A stretch of DNA of 64,000 nucleotides from Camelus ferus. Lineage: Eukaryota. Location of the stretch: contig NC_045705.1 in assembly GCF_009834535.1 (NCBI RefSeq), forward strand, positions 55,738,001 to 55,802,000, written 5' to 3'. The stretch's first letter is position 1, and each line of letters starts with the position of its first letter. The notes under the pieces were generated by a model that ran no database searches, was not told the DNA's origin, and saw only the letters and a list, made by a program, of their open reading frames with translations. Positions 11,855 through 25,198 of the stretch are shown here, one piece after another. A program made the position numbers and the translations under genes.

Positions 11855-12808
11855 TTATCTTAAATGCTTGTTTCTTTGGGAAAAGAGGCGGATCATTCCC
11901 TGGCGGATCTGCTTGGTCTTTACACTGTAAATGATGGGGTTCATCACAGGAGGCGCCAACACGTAGATATTGGCCACGATAACATGAACCAGTGGAGAAG
12001 CCTGCTTGGCAAAGCGGTGGGTCATTGACACCCCAACCATGGGCACGTAGAGCAACAGAACAGCCAGAATATGGGACAGACAGTTGTTGAGGGCCCTGAG
12101 TCTGGCAGTCCAGGTGGCTGAGCCCAAGATACTTTTCAGGATGAGTGTGTAGGAGAGCACAATGAGCAGAGGGTCCATCACAATAATGAGCAAAACCAGA
12201 GCAAACCCATACCAGCTGTTGACTCGGATGTCAGCACAGACCAGACGAATCATATCCTGGTGGAGGCAGTAGGAGTGAGACAGGAGGTGGGAGCGGCAGA
12301 AGGGCAGGCGCTTGAGCAGGAGAAGGGAGGGGAGAACAGCCAGAACACAGCGACAGAGGATGGCAACCCCAATCCTGCCAATGACTTCACTGGTGAGGAT
12401 GGTGGCATAGTGGAGAGGGTGGCAGATGGCCACATAGCGGTCAAAGGACATGGCCAGCAGCACGGAAGACTCCATGAAAGAGAATCCATGGAGGAAGAAG
12501 AACTGGGCAAAACAGCCCTCAAAATTGATCTGACGGATGTCAAACCAGAGGAGCTGCATGACTGTGGGCAGGGTGGTGAGGGTGAGACCCAGGTCAGTCA
12601 GGGCCAGCATGGAGAGAAACAGGTACATGGGCTGGTGGAGGGAGGGCTCTGTGCCGATGACAGCGAGAATGGTGGTGTTGCCCATGATGGAGATGATGTA
12701 GAGGCAGCAGAAGGGGATGGAGATCCAGACATGGGAGGCCTCAAATCCAGGGATGCCCGTGAGGATGAAGTAGAAGGGGTCTTGGGTGGTGTTAGTCACA
12801 TCGGACAT
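11855..12808 (-). CDS. OR51Q1: Olfactory receptor 51Q1 orthologue, intact, 317 aa (ATG at 12808, MSDVTNTTQ)
   Basis: MSDVTNTTQDPFYFILTGIPGFEASHVWISIP...MQLLWF...HQDMIRLVCADIRVNSWYG...RLRALNNCLSH...HRFAKQASP matches recalled human OR51Q1. The ORF-track extension to 12892 starts at TTG; an in-frame ATG also lies at 12859. Confidence 0.92.
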   Translation of the reverse strand: MSDVTNTTQDPFYFILTGIPGFEASHVWISIPFCCLYIISIMGNTTILAVIGTEPSLHQPMYLFLSMLALTDLGLTLTTLPTVMQLLWFDIRQINFEGCFAQFFFLHGFSFMESSVLLAMSFDRYVAICHPLHYATILTSEVIGRIGVAILCRCVLAVLPSLLLLKRLPFCRSHLLSHSYCLHQDMIRLVCADIRVNSWYGFALVLLIIVMDPLLIVLSYTLILKSILGSATWTARLRALNNCLSHILAVLLLYVPMVGVSMTHRFAKQASPLVHVIVANIYVLAPPVMNPIIYSVKTKQIRQGMIRLFSQRNKHLR

Positions 12809-13299
12809 GACAGATGAAGAAAAAACCAGAATCTGTGTGTTCCATGATAAGATTTCCATCAGTGTGCTGCTGCCACAGAGACATCTACTCAATTTGCCTC
12901 TAACTTAAGGTCTTAAATATGTGTCTAGGATTGCTTTTCTAACATCACAGAAGAATACAGCAGTCAGACCACTAACAACAGAGCTGTGGCTCTTTCTGCC
13001 ACACATTTTCATTTAAAATGACCTTATTTTTTCAACTTTCATATCTGACACTATGCACTAAAATTTAGCTTTACGCATCATGCATTCCTTGTAACACACT
13101 TCCCAGCAGCTCGTGTATATATGTATATGTACATATAAACCTTCACAGGTGCAATTTCTAACTGAAACTCCAAACAACTTTCTAGTAACCAAATCCAGAT
13201 ACAATTCAGTTAATCTTTTGCTCAACATACAGACAAATAAGATTCTACTCACTGCTTCCTTGTAACCCACTGAATGGAACGATTACTGAGAAAGTGAAG

Positions 13300-13930
13300 G
13301 GTGGCTATGTCCAGGTGTCTTGTTTGAGCATTCTGTGATTGCAGTGGCAGCTGCTTTTATTTGGAGCATTAGAGTAGGCGGAGACTAAGAGAAAGATCAC
13401 CGGTATGGTTTGTGGTTGCTGAGTTTGATGTTCATAGGAGCTATCCAATAGAAGTGACAATTAGGCAGATGACCAAAAGGCTCAAGAAACAGAGATGTCT
13501 ACAAGGAGTTTGGGGAGCCTTTGGCACATTGGTAGGAGCTGAAAACCTAGAAGTTGATGTGATAATTTGGCTAGAGTGTAGGGTGAGAAAGGAAGGGGGT
13601 TGAGGAAAGGTCTATTAAAAGTGAAAAATTTATCAGCAGTGCAGATGTAAAAGAAACAGCAAAATAAACTGTGAAGGTCTGCTCATAGAAGTAGGTAGAA
13701 AACAAGGAAAATGGGAGTCAGAGGATAAGAAGGTAAAGGGTGTGGTTATGACACTAGTGCTTCTTAGATACTCAGTAAAACACACAATCCTAAAAAGCAC
13801 CCACTCAATTTAGGGATGTAAATGCCAGTAGTAACTTTTTGGAAAGACATTTCAATAGAGTGATGGGACAAGAAGCCAAATTGAAGTGGTCTGAGAAGCG
13901 GGTTAATATGAAGGACTGGAGACAGCTTCT
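13300..13930. mobile_element. Degenerate L2 fragment
   Basis: Purine-rich L2-like text, ending with aattgaagtggtctgagaag...gactggagacagc. Confidence 0.5.
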
Positions 13931-15295
13931 GCAGACAAAGGGGAAGCTATCCTGCCCCCTAGGGGACAAGTGGAGACTTTTATTCTTTAAATGAATGAAT
14001 ATAACTTGAGTAAATGAATGGTAACCAATTTTGGGGGTGTACTGAGAAGGAAAGCTGTGAATCTCCTTGTGAAAAAATACACAAAGTATTTAATGGGTTC
14101 CTAGGATTAATGGAGTCCACTCATACTCCCCCAAAGTGGCCAAAAATGCCAAACTAAGAATCCCTGAAAAATTATTAAACTCAAGAATTTAGAAAATAAT
14201 ATAAAATAAAATTAGGAGAAATGGGAAAATGATGACGAAGAAAATAAAATTTTTTTCAGTTAGAAAAAGTTTTTAAAGATAAATATTCAAAAATGATGTC
14301 TTTGAATGGATCAATGTAATCTGAAACCCTCTAGCAAATCTGATCAAGAAAGAGAAATATAGGCAAACATTTAGAAATTAAATAGAATGAAAGAAGCAAA
14401 ACTGTAGAGAAATTGCAGAGGCCAATGGGAGGACTCAAATGAAATAATAAATAATAGGAATCAGAGTGTCCTCCAGGACTTAAGCAATAAACCAAAAGAC
14501 AGCGGCCAGAGCAGTTTTTTTTTTTTAAACTTAGCACTGAATGTTAATGGACTTGCTCAATATAGCTGAGGTATTAGAAACTTCTAAAATATTCCAAATA
14601 AAGAGCATGCTAGTCAGAGAGGTGTTTGGCCATTTGTAGAAGCATAAAGGAAAGAACATTTCAGACACAAATGGCAGGTGTTACCTATTCAAGCACTCCT
14701 GGAGATGTCCAGACCCACCTGTGTGCTTTCCTGTTCCTTCAGTGCTCTCTGCGGTTTCTATTCTCTGCTCTGTGGCTGAATGTGGTTTTATGCTCCTGAA
14801 GCTCCCAGGCTGGAATGCAGAAGGTGGATGAAGAAACCTCGGAAAAATCTTACAGGAATATGATGGTTGTGTTCTGAGATCTGAGGCCCCAGGGGGACAG
14901 AACCGGGAAAAATAACAGTAATAATAAATATAATAGCAGCTAACGTTTACTGAGCGCTCAGCAAGTACCAACAACTGAGCTAGCTGACTCGTGGAAATGT
15001 GAAGATTTTGTTGGGCGATGTAGAAAAGACATAGCCCATATTCTGGCAATTGTTTCTCAGTGATCATTGGTTCATTTCTGCTTACGACCACAAGAGAGGG
15101 ACTATTATGTTACGCATTGATGTTGTCATCTTGGATGTGACCAAACTCAGTTTTGATATGGCTTAAAGATTCTTGAAGCAAATATCCCAGATCTCTTGAC
15201 AGAGTCAAAAGTCAGAGAGGCAAAACGGGATATTTCTCTCCATGTCTTACAGATATTAGCCTCAACATACGTTGCATTTTCTGCTTTTTTCTTTT

Positions 15296-15708
15296 TTTCC
15301 TATTGAAGTATAGTTGATTTACAATGTTGTGATAATTTCTGGTATACAGCATAATATTTCAGTTATATATATATATATTCCTTTTCATATTATTTTTCAC
15401 TATAGGCTATTACAAGATACCGAATATAATTCCCTGTGCTATACAGAAGGAACTTGCTGTTTATCTATTTTGTATATAGTATTGTGTATCTGCAAATCCT
15501 GAACTCCCAATATATCCTTCCACCTCTACACCCTTTCCCTCTTGGTAACCACAAGTTTGTTTTCTATGTCTGTGAGTCTGTTTCTATTTTGTAAGTAAGT
15601 TCATTTGTCTCATTTTTTAGATTCCACATATAAGTGATATCATATGGTATTTTTCTTTCTCTTTCTGGCTTGTTTCACTTAGAATGACAATCTCCAGGTC
15701 CATCCATG
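15296..15708 (-). mobile_element. L1 3' end; 5' part lost in N-run 15709-15863
   Basis: ttgaagtatagttgatttacaatgttg...ttagattccacatataagtgatatcatatggtatt...catccatg. Confidence 0.9.
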
Positions 15709-17156
15709 NNNNNNNNNNNNNNNNNNNNNNNNNNNNNNNNNNNNNNNNNNNNNNNNNNNNNNNNNNNNNNNNNNNNNNNNNNNNNNNNNNNNNNNNNNNN
15801 NNNNNNNNNNNNNNNNNNNNNNNNNNNNNNNNNNNNNNNNNNNNNNNNNNNNNNNNNNNNNNNNCTCAGGAAGAAGTATGTAGAGATAATTGATCTAGGG
15901 TTTTATATGTGACTTTATTTAGATTGCACTTCTCTCCAGATAGTGGAAATCAGCAGCTGTTCAGGTGTTCACTGTGAACGTCTCTTGTTTTCTACCACCA
16001 AAGGTACAGTGTTTCCTGCAAATACAGCTTATCTTTGTGATTCCTTCTATATCTGGCTTACTTGGCTTTTTGGAGCTTTTTTGGCTCCAGGGAAGATCCA
16101 CCTCTACACCATTCCCATGACTTCAAAAGGGACATTATGTATATAGAACAGAATATAAATTTATAAACCTTGAAAATACAGAATTTAAATAACACAATTT
16201 AGTTGGGGATGTAGTATTACACACATTTGAGAAGTAGTCTTAAATGTATGATTACTTCCTCTTCAGTAGTTAAGGCTTAAATGACATAATTTAAAATTGA
16301 AAAATAAAGTATTAAAACTAACATTATACTTATAATTATACAGATAAAATTGTCAAAATTGATAATACCTGAAGCTGAGGTTATATAAAGAGTACAGAAG
16401 AGTTCTGTATCATGTTCAATTTATATATATATATATATATATATATAAACATTTCCCTCCTAAAATGTTTTAAAAATAAGGTAGTAGGTAGTATTGGGAA
16501 GTCCAATTATTTCATTCATGTTTATAGTAAAAGATTAGTAGGTATTGTCTAAAGACAGAGAATATTAAATGTGTATCATTCTGTACGGCTCACAGGATAT
16601 AGTGGATGGGAAAACAGTAACAGGAGGGAAGTTTTAAAATGTGAATTATAGAAAACATACAGATGAGTGATAACTGATTTTGCAAAGCAAGGAGATATAG
16701 ACCCTAATTGACTACAGAGGAACAAATAAACAAGAAGCTAAGAGAGGCTCACTCAGAAAGTGCCATTAATTTGAAGCATTTGGAACTTAGGAAGGCAGAG
16801 TGTGTAGGAATCAGAACTGGAGATTTCATGAAAATCAATGGGAAGACAAATTAGATGCAAAATTCACTCCTTCCTACCACACAAGCAAATGATTATTTCA
16901 CTCTAAAATTGTCAGATTGCATTTTATACACATTTTAATTGGGATATAATGTTCATAGATAAAAGTACCCACATTATAAAGTGAAAAGTTCAATAATTAC
17001 CACTAAATAAATTAATCTTACATCCTTAATCCAGATCAAGAAAAAAGCATTACTATGTCCCAATGGTCAATCTGGGTAGGTGTTCTATATGCACTTGAAA
17101 AGAGTGTGTAATACCTATGATTTTAGAAAAAAATCTCTTCCGACTTTGTCCTTTGT

Positions 17157-18110
17157 CTAAACTCTGGCTCTCTTCTCTGACAGCATTCGGGCAATGCCAC
17201 GATGGATTTCCTTGGTCTTAATGCTGTAGACAATTGGGTTGACAACAGGTGGGAGGAAGAGGTAAGCATTGGCCATCACTGAATGCAGCAAAGGGGACAC
17301 ATGACATCCAAAGCGGTGCACCATAGACAAGCTAATCATAGGCACATAGTAAGCAAGTACAGCACAGACATGTGAGCCACACGTGTTGAGTGCCTTCTTC
17401 CGTCCTTCCCCAGTGGTGATACTCAGTACAGTGTGGAGTATAAGCCCATAAGAGACCACAATGAGCAGTGAATCTAGCCCAAAAGTGGAGGTGACAATGA
17501 AGAGTCCATAGATATTGTTGATAGACTTGTCCCCACAAGGTAGATGGACAAGGTCGGGGTGGAGACAATAGGAATGGGAGAGGGCATTATGGCCACAGAA
17601 GGGCAGGTGCTGTAAAAGCATGGGCAATGGGGCCATGAGCATAATGCTTTTCAGCCCAATAATAGCTCCAGTGCCAAAGATGCGGGGCAGAGTTAGGATG
17701 GCTGTATAGCGCAGTGGGCTATAGACAGCTACAAATCGGTCGACAGACATGGCCAGCAACACAGCTGACTCCATAATGGAGAAAGAATGGATGGGGAACA
17801 TCTGGAAAAGGCATGCGTCAGAACTCATCTCAGTCGTGCCAGAGAGGAAGACGCCTAGCACTGTAGGCAGGGTGGGTGCAGAGACACCAAGCTCAGCCAG
17901 GGCCAACATGGCAAGAAACAGGTACACAGGCTGGTGTAGAGCGGTGTCTGTTCTGATGACATGAAGAATGGTGCCATTCCCCAGGAAGATGATAATGTAC
18001 ATCAGGCAGAAGGGGATGGATAACCAGATGTGTTCTGCCTCCAGCCCTGGGATTCCAACCAGAATGAACTTTGTAGGTAAGAACTCCAAAGAACTATTTG
18101 AGTTTTTCAT
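17157..18110 (-). CDS. OR51J1: Olfactory receptor 51J1 orthologue, intact, 317 aa (ATG at 18110, MKNSNSSLEFL)
   Basis: Matches recalled human OR51J1 (FILVGIPGLEAEH, LPRIFGTGAII.LKSIMLMAPLP, LPFCGHNALSHSYCLHP, GEGRKKALNTCGSHVCAVLAYYVP). A splice acceptor ttttcaag|G at about 18143 makes the upstream ATG at 18176 probably intronic. Confidence 0.92.
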   Translation of the reverse strand: MKNSNSSLEFLPTKFILVGIPGLEAEHIWLSIPFCLMYIIIFLGNGTILHVIRTDTALHQPVYLFLAMLALAELGVSAPTLPTVLGVFLSGTTEMSSDACLFQMFPIHSFSIMESAVLLAMSVDRFVAVYSPLRYTAILTLPRIFGTGAIIGLKSIMLMAPLPMLLQHLPFCGHNALSHSYCLHPDLVHLPCGDKSINNIYGLFIVTSTFGLDSLLIVVSYGLILHTVLSITTGEGRKKALNTCGSHVCAVLAYYVPMISLSMVHRFGCHVSPLLHSVMANAYLFLPPVVNPIVYSIKTKEIHRGIARMLSEKRARV

Positions 18111-19151
18111 GTTGGAATCTCTCTCCTTAAGATCAGTGCTACCTTGAAAATTAAAAACAAACCAGTGAGATGACATTATAATGGAGAAAGATCACTGGGC
18201 ATGAGGAAAGAGAAGGAGAAAACAAAGGTCACAGACTCAAGGGGCCAAAAATCTCATGCCTGAAAATTGACAGATGACCTCCATCAGGAAATCCCCAGTT
18301 TTAAGGGGGGGTTACAGTCTCCATCAGAAGGAAGTTCAAGGCTAGTAGAAAATTATTGCTGTAAATTATAGTGTATTTTGAATCTGGCAAGAGAGAAATG
18401 ACTGCCCTATCTTGGTGTGAAAATGCCTGACCCTAGAAAGCTACTGGGAGACAGGCATGTGTGGACAATCTCAGTGTCAGATATGGAATAATGTCAAGAA
18501 TAGATGAACAGAGGTATTATTGGTAAATATATAGATATAAGGCAAAGAGCCAGTATATAAACCACTAAAAATACCTGATAAGCAAATATGGATATACAAA
18601 TAATTGAAGTCCAAAACAAGACTGAGAAATAGCAGTGACCCAGAATCTGGAGCAAGTGGCTGAAAAATTAAACTAGAAAAGAATAGAGCTCAGATCCTCA
18701 CTGGCTTTGGCTATTCTGGGCTTTGAAAGGACAAGGAAGCACCTGTACAGATTATGTGTAAAGGACAGAATGAGGTAGGGACCAAGGTCGGTAGATTTGT
18801 ATGTAGACTTTCAGGCTCATAAAAATATTCTGTCGTTGTGTGAATGCCATCTACAATCTCTCAATTCACAGTTCTCAGAGACAACCTACCTGCCCCACTG
18901 GGACTTCTTTCTGGCTCAGACACACCTCTGAACACACTGCAGCAACACTGGAAACCCAAACAGGCTTTAAGGAAGGTTCTCCTGGGAAGAAGAGAAAGGC
19001 AAGAGAGGGAAGGAGGAAATCACCTCTTTAAAATGGGCTTATTATAAGCTGAGCATTTTCCATGTCAGCACAGGACTAGAATTTCAGCACAACAGAATTC
19101 TGAATTGACAAGTAGGAAGGTCCTCTGAAGGTATTTTTCAACTCATTCATC

Positions 19152-19154
<3 letters not shown>

Positions 19155-19188
<34 letters not shown>
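19155..19188. repeat. (CA)n microsatellite; others at ~44490-44517 (CA), ~57867-57890 (GT), ~10683-10716 and ~16422-16446 (TA)
   Basis: Direct reading of dinucleotide runs. Confidence 0.95.
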
Positions 19189-19190
<2 letters not shown>

Positions 19191-19375
19191 GCTAACATAT
19201 TTGCCCATGCACATACTACCAACACTTGCTGAAATCCTGTCTGAACTTCCCTGTTGTGAACTATTTATTCAGCCACTGCTGAACTTACAGGGATCTCATT
19301 GTTACATGGTGATCATTATTAAGTTCTTCTTTTTCCCGAACAGCTATGACCAATCCACACTCCTTTCTGCCACAT

Positions 19376-19413
19376 AGGACCTGTATCTTATAGGACCTGT
19401 ATCTTACAGGACC
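19376..19413. repeat. Short tandem repeat, 16-bp unit x 2.4
   Basis: AGGACCTGTATCTTAT / AGGACCTGTATCTTAC / AGGACC. Confidence 0.9.
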
Positions 19414-21409
19414 ATGGCAACACAGAGTCCTGGACTTACTAGAAAATCTCTGCAACTTTCTTTTCCCACAAGGATTCAAATACAATCACCAAGTGCCCTG
19501 ATGTCTTCTCTCTAAGCGAGTTATCATTATGTTAAGTGCTACAAAAGAAAAGTTCAGAAGCCAATAGGAAGGAACTAGAGGGGAAAACTTACTTTATTCT
19601 AAGAATCAGGGAATTGTTTCCTCAAAAACTAATATTTCAGCTGAGATCTGAGGAATTAGTAGACTTTTTCCAGGTTAAGTGGAGAGGTTGGGTATAATAA
19701 AAGGCAGAAAAAAATTACCACGCCAGTGGGCATATAAAGCCCTACTTTGACAAGAACTGAAAGAAAATAGACAGGAAAGGAAGACTCTTGATGCACTAGG
19801 ATATTGAACTGGTGATTTTTTTCATAATTTTTACTCCCATGAAAATATGAGAGGAAAATATGAAATAAAAGACCGCTGCCTGCCTAAATGCAGAATCATG
19901 GGCTGATGCAATTAACCTCAGCAAATACCAGCTTAGGAGAGACTCTGGGCTGTGGGCTGTGCTAAAGTTTAGGACAGGGAAATTCCAGAACAAATTATTG
20001 ACCTCAAGAAATGATCACACATGGCAGAACTTCCTTTGTTTGAGGGACTTGAGGGAAATTTCTGTTCCCTACTTGTTAGGGCCTCTTCTAGTTTTCTCCT
20101 CACCTCCAATGCCCAACCCTTTCTTAACCCTTTCAATGAACCAAATATAGGCCTGCCTCTGGGTTGAGCAGCTATTCTCCTGTGGGTAGCCTCATTGCAA
20201 CCTTGATCCTATTGCACCCCTATTTCTTGCCTGTCCCATGCCAAGTGACCTGATATTGGAAGAGACATCTCTTGAAGGATACTTGGACCTAGCGTCTCCC
20301 CTCCCTGTTATCAGCTATCTTCTTTGCCTCTGCACGCTCTTTTGTTTTCTTTCTTTCTTCCTTCTATCCTTTTTGCTTTTTTTTTTTTTACAGGGTTCAA
20401 GTTTTCTTCAAAAAGATCTTAAAATGTAATTATTTGTCTGAGTTTAGGATTTGTAGGACAAGAACATTTCACACTGCGAGAGGTTGAAAGGAAATATTCA
20501 GCCTGTAGTCCACTTAGTAAGTCACAACAGATCTGAAGAAAGAAGAGCGTATTATGCGATTCATACTGCATCCCTGGAAGTGGACAGAATTGGAGATGAA
20601 CGCTGTGTGCAGAACACCTTCACATACTTAAGCTTTGTGGAGCTTGGTTTCTTTATCTTTAAAGATAGAGGTGTTAAAACCCACCTCAGAGAGTGGCTTT
20701 AAGAGTTTCAGGTGAGCTTTCAGCAACCAATGAATATAACTATTCTCCACTCTTTCTGCCTTCCTCTCTCAGGCATTCTCAGGAGGCAGAAAGGAAGGAA
20801 TCATTCAAAGTCAGGTTGTCCTGGCATTTCTATTGATAATGATTTTTTTTGGTCATTGCTTCACTGATACTCAGGGCACATCTGTGAGGGAAACAAAGAC
20901 ACAAAGATTTTCCACTTAACAAATGAACATATAAATAAGATATACGCATGGCATGACTAATTCAAGCTGTTATGACGACTAAACTATTTCTAAAATCCAC
21001 GGTAGTCTCTGACGTCTTTGTTGTATTCTTCACCTACCATCAAGTTTAGGGAAGTTTTCTCTTGTTCTATCACACAAGCTCAGGAAGCTGGAAAGATGAC
21101 TACTGAGGAGGGCTAATTGTAGGGTAGAGTTGAGAGTCTTTCTGAAAGCCACTGCTGAAAGCTGCTTCAGGAGGCAGGGCTGGAGATCACAGGCTCAAGA
21201 CTCACCACACGCAGAACTGACCTCTGAACATCAAGTGACGCTGGGGAGCCCACTCCTGCAAGTCCCAGCCACACTGGCATCAACATCTCCCCAGGCCTGG
21301 GGCCAAAACGCTGCCTCCTTCTTTGTAAGCTGATCAGCTCTGGGGAGTGGAGGAAGAGAAAGGGATTTGGGTTCCCAGAGGAGCAACTACCCAGGTAATT
21401 AAATCACTT

Positions 21410-21705
21410 TTTTTTTTCTATTGAAATACAGTCAATTTACAATGTGTTAATTTCTATTGTACAGCATTGTGATTCAGATATATATATATATATTCCTTTT
21501 CATTATAGTCCATTACAAGGTACTGAATATAGTTCCCTACTATACAATAGGACCTTGCTATTTATCTGTTTTATATATAGTAGTTTTTATCTACTAATCC
21601 AAACTCCCAATTTATCCCTTCCCACCCTCTTTCCCCCTACTAACCATAAGTTTGTTTTCCATGTCTTTGAGTCTTGTCTCTGTTTTGTATATAAGTTCAT
21701 TTGTG
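21410..21705 (-). mobile_element. L1 3' UTR fragment
   Basis: T-run, then attgaaatacagtcaatttacaatgtg...ataagttcatttgtg. Confidence 0.85.
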
Positions 21706-21939
21706 CCCTTTCACTCCTTGTCAATGTCCAGGGATCCTTGAAAGAAATGAGCAAGGGTACAGAGTCAGGGTACCTCTATGAAATGAGTATAATAATAATA
21801 ATATACATCGCTGACATGTAAGTCGCTTAGAAAAGTATCTGGCTTGTAAAAAATGCACCATAAGGGCTAGCTACTGTTATAACTCTTATAGGACAATTAT
21901 ATCATGGAGAAATAATATATTACTATTATTATTAAAATT

Positions 21940-22515
21940 CCTAATTTATCCCTCCCTTCCCTTTTCCTTTTGGTAACCATACATTTGTTTTCTATGTCTG
22001 TGAGTCTCTTTCTGTTTTGTAAATAAGTTCATTGGTGTCAAACTATTTTAGATTCCACATACAAGTAACATCATATGCTATTTTTCTTTCTCAGAAATTT
22101 GTGGCTTACTTCACTTAGTATGACAATCTCCAGGTTCATCCATGTTGTTGCAAATGGCATGATTTTATTCTTTTTATGGCTGAGTAGTATTCCATTATTT
22201 ATATATATACACCACAACTTCTTTATCCAGTCATCTGTCAGTGGGCATTAAGGTTGTTTCCATGTCTTGCTATTGTACATAGTGCTGCTGTGAACATTGA
22301 GGTACACATATCTTTTTGAATTAGAGTTATCTCTGGATATATGCCCAGGAGTGGGATTGCTGGATCATACGATGAGTCTATTTTCAGTTTTTTAAGGGAC
22401 CTCCATAGTGGCTGCACCAATTTACATTCCCACCAACAGTGTAGGAGGGTTCCTTTTTCTGCACACTCTCTCCAGCATTTATTGTTTGTAGACTTTTTGA
22501 TGATGTATATTTTGA
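21940..22515 (-). mobile_element. L1 fragment (ORF2 C-terminus plus part of 3' UTR)
   Basis: Minus translation [28 protein letters not shown]...[12 protein letters not shown], the L1 ORF2 C-terminal cysteine-rich region. Confidence 0.9.
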
Positions 22516-22579
22516 TTGCTCTCATTTAGATGACAGAAGCAGATTGTATTTAGGTGACAAAAGCAGACGAGTAATTTTG

Positions 22580-23562
22580 ATTTTCAAGTCTCATTATTTC
22601 TGAAATACAGATTGTAAGGTTATAGCTGCCATAGATAGTGATTCCTCTGAGGATCTGGGCAAAGAAAATTGAAAAGAAAAAAAAAACTTCTGGAAAATAT
22701 TCATCATTCTAGATACCATAAAGAACATTCCTGATTCACTGGAAGAGGTCAAGATGTCAACATTAACAGGAGTTTGAAAGAAATTTCAACCCTCATGCAT
22801 GACTGAGGGGTTCAAGTCTTCAGTGAAGAAGTCTAACTGCAGATGTGGTGGAACGAGCAAGAGAACTAGGACCAGAAGTGGAGCCTGAAGATGTGACTGA
22901 GTTGCTGCAACCTCACGATAAAACTTCAGTGGATAAGGAACTGCTTCTTACAGATGAGCAAAGCAGGTTTCTAGAGATAGAATCTACTCCTGGTGAAGAT
23001 GCTGTAAGGGACATTGAAGGATTTTGAATTTTATAAAAAAACAGAAAAACAAAAAACTTGGTTGATAAAACAGTGGTCAGGTTTGAGAGGACTGATTCCC
23101 ACTTTGAAATAAGTTCTCCTGTGGGTAAAATGCTATCAAACAGCACTGCCGCCTAAGGAGAAATGCTTCATGAAAGGAAGGGTCAATTGATGCAGTAAAC
23201 TTCATTGTGCCTGTCTTTAAGTAATTGCCACAGCCACCCCAACCTTGAGCAACCACCACCCTGATCATATGGTAGCTATCAAAGGGAGGCAAATGCTTCA
23301 CCAGCAAAAAGACTAAGACTCATTGAAGGTTTAACTAGTGGTTAGCCTTCTTTAGCAAGAAAATATTTTTAATTAAGGCATATACATAGTTTTTGAGACA
23401 TATTTCTATTGCACACTTAATAGACTACAGTATAGTGTAAACATAACTTTTATAGACATTGATAAACCAAAAAACAAAAAATAGTGTGACTAGCTTTATT
23501 GTGACAATTGCTTTATTGCAGTGGTCTGGAACCTAACCCACAATATCTCCAAGACATGCCTG
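22580..23562 (+). mobile_element. Tigger1 DNA transposon, 3' ~1 kb
   Basis: Transposase remnant VERARELGPEVEPEDVTELLQPHDKT and terminus gtggtctggaacctaacccacaatatctccaagacatgcctg followed by TA. Confidence 0.88.
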
Positions 23563-25198
23563 TATATTACATTATATATATATATAATACATACATATTG
23601 TATCATATTTATTGTATTGTATTGTATTAATTTATCAGATTCAGATTAAAATCACAGTCACCTTTCTATTTAATTAGCAGATAAAATGTATTAAAAGAAA
23701 AATAACTGATTAGAAACAAAATCCAGATACAGCCTGATGAAGTAAAAAATTATCTCTTTTTGGATGATATAAACATAAGGGTCAAGGAAATACATGTAGA
23801 CTTGTATTAATTCATTCAATAAAGAATTTATTCGCCAAATATTTATTGAGTGACTGGTATATTCCAGAGACTATGGGGGTACCTAGTGAAGAAAAGAGAC
23901 ACAGTCTATGCCTTACTGAGCTTAGAATGTACTAGACAAGAGAAACTTAAAAAAAAATAAGACAGTGCAAAGATAATTACTTCATTACAATTGTGACGTG
24001 TGGCATGAGACAAACAACAAGAAACAAAAAACGCAACTAGTCTTCACAGCCGCTTCAGGCTACTGTGAGGGAGATAGGGACACAGATTCAGGCCCTTACA
24101 AATCCAAAGAAAACAGGTGCTCGGGACACTTCCCCCTCCTGTGTTATCCCGCTAATACTTGGTCTGCAACGTCTACATCAGGTCGGCTTCTGAAGCCTCA
24201 CATTTCAAATTCTTCAGCCAACTAAGGATATCGAGCATTAGCAGACTTTCCTTTTTGCTTTCCGCTTCATCTTAATAGCTATGCACAGTACATTTCTCCA
24301 GTAAGGTCTCAGCAGAGGAATTAGTGTGATTGCCCAAAGTCAGCATCCCTCAAGAACCTTACAGTTTCCTGATTTACAAATGTCTTCCCTCCAGGCTTAT
24401 TCTCAACATGTATTCTCAGTTATAGAGCTTTGCTCTTAGTACCTAGTTTGCTTCCCATTGTCCCAAGGTTTAAACAGGCTTTTGGTGTAAAGATAAATAT
24501 ATGTGTAGATACATAATTGTATATATACAATAATTATGTATATATTTATAACAGAAGAAAGTGTTAACTGTATTATTCTTAACATTTTATAAGCAATGCA
24601 GATAAGGTAAGAATTCCTTTTGTTCCTCTCTTCACTGTCACAGATTCCCTCAAAAGAGTTATTATTGTTATCAATTTAGGGGGTGTTTTTACAGATACAA
24701 ACAAATTGATGCTTTTATGTGATTAAATTGTTATACAACAATTATGTGTATATATATAAATATATATAATTTGCTATATCTTGCTTAAGCCTATCAATCT
24801 GGGTCTTCTTTTTTTCTGCAAAACATTCCATAGTATGGACAGATTCTAACTCATTTAACTGTTTACCTGTTGACTGCCAGTTAGTTTTCTTTTTTTAATC
24901 TTATTTCAAGCATTGCTGAAGTGAAAATTCTTATTCAAGACCATGCGTCCATGAAGAAGCATGAGAGTATGAATCTAGGGCAGCACTAAGAACTGGAATT
25001 TCTGGGTTAAAGAGCATGTGCTATGTGAGTTGACACATACACCAAAATAGGTGATAAAATACTGAACAGCACTAATTTAGATTACAACGTGTAGTGTATG
25101 AAAATGCACGTCCTCTACACATTCAGCAACATGCAGCTTTATCAAGCTTTCCAACTTTGAGGGTGATGAGTGCTCCCTTCTTCCCTGGGGCAGAGGGG

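Noticed and set aside
12260-12817. 185-aa plus-strand ORF, and similar ORFs opposite other ORs (e.g. 31882-32262, 61283-61738, 54834-55229)
   Set aside because: Antisense shadows of OR coding sequence, expected from codon structure; no independent protein features.
12809-12892. N-terminal ORF extensions of OR51Q1, OR51J1 (to 18176) and OR51M1 (to 32694)
   Set aside because: They start at TTG or GTG, or lie upstream of splice acceptors. Homology begins at the downstream ATGs.
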